64,000 nt of DNA from Lingula anatina (lineage: Eukaryota; Animalia; Brachiopoda), in NCBI GenBank assembly GCA_051362555.1, contig CM120642.1, positions 4,402,001-4,466,000 on the forward strand, read 5' to 3'. Below are positions 26,201 to 37,036 of this stretch, in pieces; position 1 is the stretch's first letter, and each line of letters opens with the position of its first letter. A model generated the notes under the pieces. It did no database searches, was not told the DNA's origin, and saw only the letters and a list, made by a program, of their open reading frames with translations. The translations under genes and the position numbers were made by a program.

Positions 26201-29200
26201 TTGTTTCCATATGTTGATAAGTGCCCAATTTCTGTTTGAAAGTGCAGCAATCATCCACAATTCTGTGACAGCAACTCCAAATATCTCAATTAATCCTTGT
26301 TTATAATGGTAAGGTGTCAAGGACGCCCCATAAGAGCTTTGATCTATAAGCTCTTGTTATGGCCTGCAATATGCCAGTGATTTTACAAGATCACAGTGTA
26401 CTTTACTGACACACAATGAGAGGAAAACAGCAAAAAATCATTTTAGGGAACATTTTGGTGATAAAGTAAAACTTGCTTGAAATTACATGACTTTTTTCAA
26501 AATAAAGGTCTAATACTCATTAATATTGTACTTGCATGTATGTCTTTAAAACAAAATGGTAACAACACATTCTCACTTTGTCTTATACTTTTTTACTCTC
26601 ATTTTTTTTTCTTGTGTTAAAAGACATTATTTAGCATGGTTGTTTTCTGCAATGTAAGCAACAGGTTGCCAAGAGAGAGAAAATGTTTCACTGTACATCC
26701 CTTAAATTATCCGTCTGATCACTGCCCACAATTTGGAGAACAGGTATCAAGAAATAATGGGGAAAGCAGGTGAAATAACTGTGTACAAATTGATCAATCA
26801 TTGGATGTGGACTCCTGGAGAGAATTTGCAGAAAGATGTCTAGAAGCCTAGGAGAGCCATTGGAAGCACATGAAGATAGGTGCATATGAGGTTCATGACC
26901 CTAAGAAAGACATACTTGAGGAAGCGGCATAAATATCACTTGAAACAGGAGAGTGTTTTTGTACAGCAATAGAGGAAGAACTAAGGTGACAAGATTCATA
27001 CATCACCTGTGGTTTGGCTGTAGATTCCAAGAAATTCAAAAAACCTTCAAAGTACATGGAAAACTAGCTTCAAATTAATGTACAAATTAATTTCATCATG
27101 CACACTGGTCACAAGACTTCCTTCTATCAAAAAAACCCACACAGCTCTTAAAATGAATGAAAGACCCTGAGTTGAAGGGAGAATAATCCAGTGAATTCCA
27201 GCAATTATTGGAAAATAAAGAAAGTAAAGAATAACCCAGGGATACATAATCAACACTCTTGTTATCCACCCAACAATGAGTATGCTGTACTTTGAAACAG
27301 ATTCCCTTAACAGTATTTAAGGAAGAACTAGAAAAGAACTGAGAGAGTGCAGACCTCCACCAAGGCAGCTCAATTCTCATCATTATTAATTATTTTGAAT
27401 AAGTGAATAAGTTATTTATTTATTCAATTCTTAATTAAAACTCATTCTTCTAAAAAATTTATATACCTAAAGAGACTTACACATATCCTGTGGTCAGATC
27501 GCCTTGATAAATGGCATCTTGAGTCACATCGCTGTAAAACACCTTTTCATTTGACCAATCATAGTCTAAGGCAATGGCATTTTTCAGGTGCGGAAACATC
27601 ATTGGACTGAACTGGTTATGGCCTACAAAATCTGGGTAAACTTTCAAAATGGATGTCCTTGCTGCTATCAACATAGACGATGTGGTTGGCAAATCTAAAA
27701 TTTAAAAGAAATATTACAATTTTTATTTATTTTTGTAGCTTTAAGTAAGGATAAAGTCTCAAGAGACTTTATCCAATCAAATCAAAGAACTAATTGAAAA
27801 TATTTGCCCTTAGAGGTTTGACATACTATATGAAACTTGTCTATTTGCCAATTTTCATTTTTTGAACTAAAAATTGCAGGTTGCACACTGTGTTTTTATG
27901 AAGTATCACCTCAGAATTATCCAACTATTTAACACAGGAAACTATAGAAACTCAAATGGACACAGTTTTTTTTTCATAATAAATTATTTTTAAGTAAAGG
28001 TTGGGGTTCACTGCATATGAACAATTAATTGACCGAAGATAATAACATAATTTATACAACTGACATACACAATAAAGTCTGACTATGTTCTTATTTATAA
28101 AATATTATTATTGAATTGTTGATTAGAAATAAGTAAAATAAAGTCCTTCAATACCTTGTATAATCATTTTTATCTACTGCAGATTTGATACATCAAAAGA
28201 ATTCAATGTCATCAGTGATTTTTTTTCAATCTAATGTCACATATGAGGATAAGTGTTAAGTTATTTGGAAAAGATTTTTTAAAACTTGTACTTCAGAGCA
28301 ATTCCTTTTTCACTTACATGATACGCACCTTTGCATGAAAATTTGTCAGCTGCCAGGTAGCGCCCCTTTGGACATATGCAAGACACTCTATGGTCAGCCA
28401 TCTCACCACTCCAGACACACAGACCATCACACAGATGACCGGAGCAAGGATTAATACCTGACATCAATAAAAAAAACCAGTGGTATTTTTCCTCAGGTAA
28501 TTCATACATAACGTATCTTTGATGTTATCTAAACCATCAAAAAGATGACCAATCATTATATCTTGATACTTAACTATTTAGAAAAATCATAAATTTTTTG
28601 AAGCACTCACTTCTCAAACATTGATTTTAAAATATTTTAAAGGTCACTATGAGACCAAATTAACAAACAGACAGATGGACAGACAAACAGACAGACAGAC
28701 AAATTCTTTTTTTCTGATTAAATCACACTTTCTGAGCAAAGATAGACTTTTTTTTTTCAATACAGAATATTATATATACTATAACAGCAATATCCAACTA
28801 TATTAACAAAATATTAATATCAATCAGCCAAAAAATTCACCACACAGTCATGTTGGAATAAGAAATATGTATAAAAATTAAACAAATTCTGTAACACGTT
28901 TGCCACTCCTGGCTGTGATGTTTTGACCAGAAAGAAAGCTGTCAGTTTGAGTGTCACGTTGCAAACAAAACCAGAGTTCACGTGTGGCCACATAATTACC
29001 AGCAGGCTGGAGGGCAGTGTTCTTCACTACGAGTTGTTGTATCATATACCGAGGTTTGAGCACCGTCTTCCTGTCTTTGCCAGTCCTTTTGTTGACTGAG
29101 TGAATGCTGGAGAGGTAGTGATCAGCCCAGTAGATTACATCTTCAAATACAACCATGCTGGGAGGATCATACATCTTGATTTCAAAGGCAACCTAGAAAA

Positions 29201-32200
29201 AACAGCTTATTTGTTCAGTCATGTATTTATTTATTTCAACATGTCAATCTTTTAGTCTCTTTGCTTATTTATTCATTCATATCCATTGAGCATTAATCTG
29301 TTTACATACACCAGCTCTCTAGACTTTCTTTCAATGTAATGAAATGAATTAATAACATAAAAAAGCAATTATTTCTTTTTTTGCTAGTTGAACTTGATCT
29401 TTACATTCTGGTTATTACAGATAATATTCAAAACAGCTATAATATTGGTAATGATAACAATTCAGTGAGAAACACTCTCACACTTTCCCCCTTTGCAAGG
29501 ACCTGCAAACTGTACTGTACCAGGTACCAGGTATCTACAAAACATTACACAAACTTGGACCTCAAACAATTGATGAAAAATTTACTATCATTATGAAATT
29601 CCAAGAGGAAGAAACCTTCACTGCATTAGCTAAATATCTCTCCTTTGCCTTTGCTTGGAGGGATCTAGAAGGCACTGCTGCACTTTTTAGTAATTGAGTA
29701 GTAGTAATAGTAACTTGGCTTAAACAATTTTCATCAGTGTGTTAGTAGTAGTCATACCTCTAATAATTGTTTAACTTCATACTCGTTCAAAATTGCATTT
29801 ATATTGTCATTGCATACGTTGCTATGTATAAACTGTAAACTGCTATAAACTTTAAGTCTTGCCCATACCCTATTTGTTCCAGTCTTAAGGTCAATCTTAT
29901 TAACAAGTCCATCTTGATGCTGGACCCAGTATAACTGACCAGTGGGCAGGTCTAGGGCCAGTGGTGACGGGTGACCAGAACTGACCGACACCAAGTGGTG
30001 AAGCTCCATGCCATCCATGGAAAGACTGTCAATGTTGGCATGGGTACCGTTCCATATGGAAAGGTACAAGACTCTGGGAATAAAAGCAGAAAATTATAAC
30101 AATCTGGAAATGCAAAAAATTATAACACTCTGGAAAAGCAGAAATCAAGGTACATGTATGACATCTCCCCACACAAACGCACACACACACAAAAAAAAAG
30201 TAGAAATAAATTTATTGCCTCTGGAAAAGTAGAAATCATGGTATAAAACTTCGGAAAAAATAAAAGGGCATGATACTCTTGAAGAGATTTGTGCAAGGAA
30301 AAAGGGCTTATACCCAAGTTTATTCCATCTTCTTCTCATATTCATGCTTTTAAACTTCATTTTAACTAAGTCATTTAATCACATTTATCCTCAATATGTA
30401 GCACGTGTGCTGTAGTGTGCTTTGTGAATGCATTTTTTTTTTTTTTTTTTTTTAGATGTGCATTTTAAAAAATTCAGCACATCAACATAACTGCAAATTA
30501 AGCTAGCATGACTGGCATGCAGAAAAACTGAGAACAAGGAGAAATCTTGGAGCTCTTTTAAATATGTAAGCTGTGTAAGCAAATGCTCTATATATAGACC
30601 ACAGTAAACAGTACGTGACTTCCACTGACCACAACTGAACAATTACACTACCTTTCATGACAGTGTTCCCACAGGAATTCCAATAACAAATTCAAGGACT
30701 TTTAAGGACTGTTTAGTAAATTTTACTGGGTTTTTAAATTAAAGTGTTTTAATGTTCTTTAACATAAAAAGAATAAAATCAAATATTGTCCAAAAAGGGT
30801 ATTCTCCCCTGCTGCCAATTATTGTCTACATTGATGTGGAAATGACACAATTTGAAATATTTGACAAATTGCGTAGTGATCAAATTCAAGTACTTTTAAG
30901 GGAAAAACAATGATGGAATACAAGACCTTTTCAGAGCTAATTACAATTTCAAACATTTCCAAAGGCGACCAACTGAATCCAAGGTCCAGGGCTAAAGTCA
31001 GGCACTTTTCAAGGCTGTTTGAACCCTGCATGATTCCAGGCAGCATAACAAGGGATGGTGCATGTCATTTCCCAATCATTTCATGAATGCCAACATATAA
31101 TTACCTTGATCATAAATTTAGGATTTGCCAGAACTGCATGACCTTTATTTGACTACATGAAACACTATAAGTACCTACACACATGAAAAACAAAGGAAAT
31201 TGACAGTTCTCAGTAAGTAGATTAAACGCAATGCGAGACCTCAACAAACATGTAAGTTAATACCTGTGAACAGCGTCTACCACAATGTCTCTCCAAGTGT
31301 ATTTGCTGCTGCTGTTGAAGATGGCAGCACACCTGGTGCCATCTAGTGCGCAGACCAGTAACTGATGATGGATTGTGTCCTCCATGTATAACAACCTGCC
31401 TATCCAGTCCACTGCTATGCAGCCTATCTCATGAACGCCTGAAAATTTTGATGATACAATTACCTCAAATTTAAATATTGGAAATTTGTATAGCTGAAAG
31501 AAATTAATTTCTCTTAAATGGTAAACAAAGAAAAATATACAATCGCCCCGAAAACTGAACATTTTAATTCCTTATTTTTACCCTTACAAGTGAAATTTAT
31601 TCATAATTATTATATATACAAAATATTATATAAATATTATTATAATATATAAAAGTATTATACAAATATTATTACAATATATAATAATATATTATATATA
31701 TTCATAATATTACATATAATAATATATAATTGCCTTCAGTGAGGGACTTTGCTCATTTGAACCAAATGTACCTAAATTATCAAAGGTAACGTAAGTGTTG
31801 TGTGTTCAATTTGTGTTGCTTATTCAAAATTCTGCCTTAATATTAAATTGAGACAATGTATTACGATATGCTATTTCAGGAGTGTGCAGATGATCTGGAA
31901 GCAGAATGACTACTGATGGGATGATGGGCTGTCTGAACAAGAGGTGGCAAGAAATCTTGAAAGATTTTTAAAAGAGTACAATGCAAGACCTTAAAATGTG
32001 ATCTGGATTTCATGAACTGCTGTGTCTGGGATTATAAAACAAACTCTTGAAAATCTTACATTTTGTTCGCATTTGTAACAGGAGGCTATATTTTTTTTTC
32101 AAAATTGGGTTTTATGCTAGTGAATTTTGGTTTGGGCTTGTATAGTAGATTATCAGTCCCCATGGGGGCCAAATGGCCTGAAGTTGAAAAAGTATTTGGC

Positions 32201-35200
32201 ACGGACCATGGTAATAATAATAATAATAATAATTATAATAATAATTATAATAATTGTAACCTTTAACAGTTGATAACAAGTAAATTGCTTTAAAATTCTC
32301 ACATGGAAAAATCAATGGCTTCAGCCACTTAGATTACTATTCTGAAGCATGTGTCCATGAGCTATAACTTTCTTACCATTGGTCACCACAGGCTGGACAT
32401 CAGTACCATCCAGTCTGCTGGACATCACCCTGCCCTGCCTAATGACTGACCAATACAGCCTACTGTCCACACTATCATATCCTACCAATATAATAATTAT
32501 CATCATTATATAATTCTTATTAGGTGCATTCCATAATTATCAATGCTCCTTACATAAATAATTAAATTTTTTTATCACTGAATAAAATCAACCACAAAAT
32601 TCAAATTTAAAACAATCATTTATGATACTAAGTTCATGAAAAAATGAAATTATTATACCATAATAAAAGTTACTTTAATTTTATAATGTTTTTTCAATTA
32701 AGTTTTAAGACATTTACATTTTTTTTGCCTCTCTAATAGTCAAATATGGCAGTTACCTCCAAAATTTTGGGACATATTATTCAAAGTCAAATATGGCAGT
32801 TACCTCCAAAATTTTGGGACATATTATTCAAAAGTCAAGTTCCCATAATAATTATTTGCCATTCTTTTTGTGACTGAATACTACACTTTAAAATGAAATT
32901 GTTCAAAGACACTTCTTCCATATCTCTCACTTATTTTAAGTATGCCTTGCAATTATAACATTCCTAAAAAGGTAAAAGTATACAGAAATTGAAAATGTTA
33001 CATGACAGAATTTTATGCCCAGAATTTTATGCATTTTATGCTCATGCAAATTCCACATCTAATAAATGATCATGGTTCCCCCTCTTCAAAATCACTTTAC
33101 ATGCTCACCTATATTTCTGATATGATGCAGCCTGGACTGCCTTGCTACAACACCATGGCTGCTGTTAGCGTCCAATGTCACAGTGTGAAGACTTCCCTGA
33201 GACACATACAATAACGAGGCATCAGGATCCACAGCCCTGCACTCCTGTCCATACGATTGGTATCTGGAACAAAAAATTTTCATTTGTGAAATTTACGACT
33301 TGAATCTCATTTATCTTCATCTTCTTTAATTAATTGATAAAATGAAAGCAAAAGCATTGATTAATATTTCTTTTAAAACGGTTCTCTGGAGTAGATAAAT
33401 GACAAAGCAAAAAAAAAAAAACTTCCATCAAAATAATTTGGTGATAACAGTGAAATTTTTAAAATCATAAATTGTTTCAGTGTTCTGTTTCAGTTCCCTT
33501 CTAGTCATTACAAAACATTGTAATCATGCAGGGTCTTCAAAACACAACAGTTAACCTGAAAATGTTGACATATTACAGATAAAAAATAATAGATGTAAAA
33601 TATAAGTGATTTATTAAGTCATAGATTTCACTGTTTCCTGTTCAAACTACAGTTGCATAAGGATTCCACGTTTTTAATGGGGAATTTGAAAAGATGGTGA
33701 GTTTTACTGCATTAGTTGTAATTTTTTTATGTCATAAATTCTTAAAATTAAAACATTCCTAATGAGCAGAAGCAACAACACGCATAAACAGGCTAATAGT
33801 TCTATTCTATACAGAAAAAGAACCAAAAATGATAGGGAAAACTAGTACCTCTAAAATTATGTATAGGGAATATTGACATTTTCCTCCATTGAAAAGACTG
33901 AGTCATCTTCATACTATAAAGAAGAACAAATATATATCAATTAATCCAACATATCACTTCGACAGTGTCTAACAGCATGAGGTACCTACCCTTTTACACA
34001 AGCACAGTGGTAAGTTCCAGGTGTATTATAGCAGAGCTGACTACATGGAGATACTGGAAGTGTCCTACATTCATCAATATCTCCACATGTTCTGCCATCC
34101 TCCTGTATGACATAACCCTTGGGACACGTACACACAAATCCAGTTGGTAGACTCTGGCAATTGTGACTACATTGTTTGTTTATGCATCCTTGACCTGAAT
34201 GTATGTTATTTATGATTAGTAAGTGACACACACATTTCTAAATGCACTGTACAATATTTGGGACAGGCTGGAACATACAATTCTAGTTGGTAGTATAGGC
34301 TCATGCTGTTGTGACTACATCTTCTGACATCCTTGACCGTCATGTATGTCATTAAAAAGTGATACACACATTTCTATTGCAAAATTGTATACCATTTGGG
34401 TCATGTACACACAAATCCAATAGGAAAACTCTCACAACTGACCTATACCACTACACATATAGTTTATAGAATAATGATACAAAAAAACAGTAAAAAGATT
34501 TCTTTTGCATGTCTTTTCCATTTAAATTCAACCTGCATGGAAAAGAGCTAATTATTTTTTTCTTCAGTCAAATCTATACAGTTTAATAGATGATCAAAGT
34601 AAATGTTTGCTTTAGTCCTTTTTGATGAAAGGAAAATAAAGCCAAATTACATACAAACTGATAATTTAAAATATATAATGGATTATTTCCTTTGGTTAAC
34701 GAAAATAATGTTAAATACACAATCAACCTGATTTCAGGATAATACACTCATTGCAACAACCACATAATATGATAATTATGAACATAAAGTGAATCTAAGA
34801 TCACCACATGAGAAAAAGTCCCTATATATTCACTGGGAAACCACTCACCACATCGCTGACCCTCGTCAGAGGAATCCCCACACTGGGCCACCCTGTCACA
34901 CACTAACTGCAGATCAATACACTGAGAATTCCCACACAAATATTTGCCATGGCTAGCATTGCACTCTGCAGGGGACAAACCTGGGAAAAAAATTTAAAAA
35001 CTTGAAGCATGTAATCTATAATTGTGAAATAAGTCTAGTTTTACACCAGTGCATGTTATTATGGTTAAATTAAAATTGTATTTACATGTCTGAGAAACCC
35101 AAAAACTGTAAAAAAATAAATTGAACATTACTGAATATTGAAATATAAACTTGAAAAAGACCTATACACTCCCAATCACTAATTTACTATAGCCAGTTCA

Positions 35201-36170
35201 TCATAATGATCTGGTTGGTCTTGCTACCTTTTAAACGAGTCTCACCACAATGTGATCAGTGCATTTCGATGTACTGTCACACTTAACACACTCACCTCAA
35301 TGCTGTCTGTTGGAATGGTCTGCACTTCCTGTTTCATTGTCACACATAACAGATTCACCAGTATGCTATTCATTTGTGGTCTGAACATTCTGCTCTACTT
35401 TCACATCTAACGCACTCAACCTATCACACCTAGCACACTCACCACAATGCATCTTAGAATACGACTTCCAATGCTGACCACCTCCTTGGTCAGTAATATC
35501 TGTTCTACTGTCACATCTAACACACTCACCACAATGCTGACCACCTCCTTAGTCAGTGCTATCTGTTCTACTGTCACATCTAACACACTCACCACAATGC
35601 TGCTCATCCGAGTGGTCTGCACAATCTGGCGTGTTGTCGCAGTGCCAGGAAGCTGGGATGCACTTCTCTCTGGACTGGCAAAGAAACTCATGAGAACTGC
35701 AGTTCAGGATTGCTGAAAAGGTTAATGAAAAAGTTCATGAATTAATCAGACACAATGTCTGCATTCTTCAGCTAAATTTAAGTAGGAGAGCATTAAGAAT
35801 GCATTTCGAATACATTCATAAGGAGATTCTACAAAGAAATGTAGAACCATATTAATATGCTCAATTACCAATCATTTTCACCCACTTTATGTTTTTAACT
35901 AGTGTACATGTGTTAAAATCTTAACATCAAAATATGATCAAACCAGTTGTCAGAAAAAAAGTAGGAGGAAATGGATCAGTCAGTAGCTATAGCCTTAAGC
36001 CATGTCTAGGGACAGCCACAAAAATCTGATTTTCCATTTTAATTTTGAAAAAACACTGTATTATAAGACTGAAATAAGAAATCAATTCCACATTATTAAG
36101 AGACTTGGTCTAGACAGCTTGTGTCCAAGGACACTATTTCACAATATCAACCTACTGCTTTGAACATGAT

Positions 36171-36266
<96 letters not shown>

Positions 36267-36978
36267 AGTATGTGCCAAAAACATAAATAAGATGAAAATG
36301 TCTCTCACCATGATCACAGATTTTAGCAACCTCATCTGAACCATCAAAGCAATCTGCCTCTCCGTCACATAGCCAACCCTTGGGAATACACCGCAAGTTG
36401 TCATGGCAACCATGCTCATGCAGTCCACATCGTATACCCAAGTGAGCTTGGGGCTCTGAAAAATCAAAAAGAAGTAAATAAATATTGTTTTAACATTTAA
36501 TTAAAATTTGAAATAGTACTGATGAAAGACATACAGGCTAGAAGATTTGTGGCATTCAGGTAGACATAATTCCATGCCTTCAGTGGGTAAAACCAGATTA
36601 TTTCACAAGAAATTTAGTAAATCAAATTTTAAGTAATTATCACTTTATATGTCAGAATTGTTGCAAAGGCAATCTGAGGAGTTTACTATCAGCACTGACC
36701 CTAGGCCAAATGCGGTTACATTGAAGTCATTGTTTCTGCCTTAAGCCTCACAGACCCTTAGACCCTGCATGGTGGCTTGAATGGCCAGTAAGACAAGTTT
36801 TTGGCACAGTCAGAATCAATGTCTATTACCATGTCAAGGAGACTTAACAGTTCAAGGTGAATGCAATAACAATATAAACAACACACAGATGTGATACTGA
36901 GTGTAAGTTAAAAAAACAAAATTGCACATATGACTAAGGCATGTAATACACTACTAAATAACAAACCTTGAACACTTT

Positions 36979-37036
<58 letters not shown>

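Noticed and set aside
26680-27380. Purine-rich, coding-looking stretch in VgR intron 12
   Set aside because: Multiple stops and no recognisable motif; probably a decayed transposon that cannot be classified by eye
35416-35716. ORFs 35416-35691 and 35447-35716 as proteins
   Set aside because: Wrong-frame or antisense readings of LDLa exon 3 plus its echo repeats
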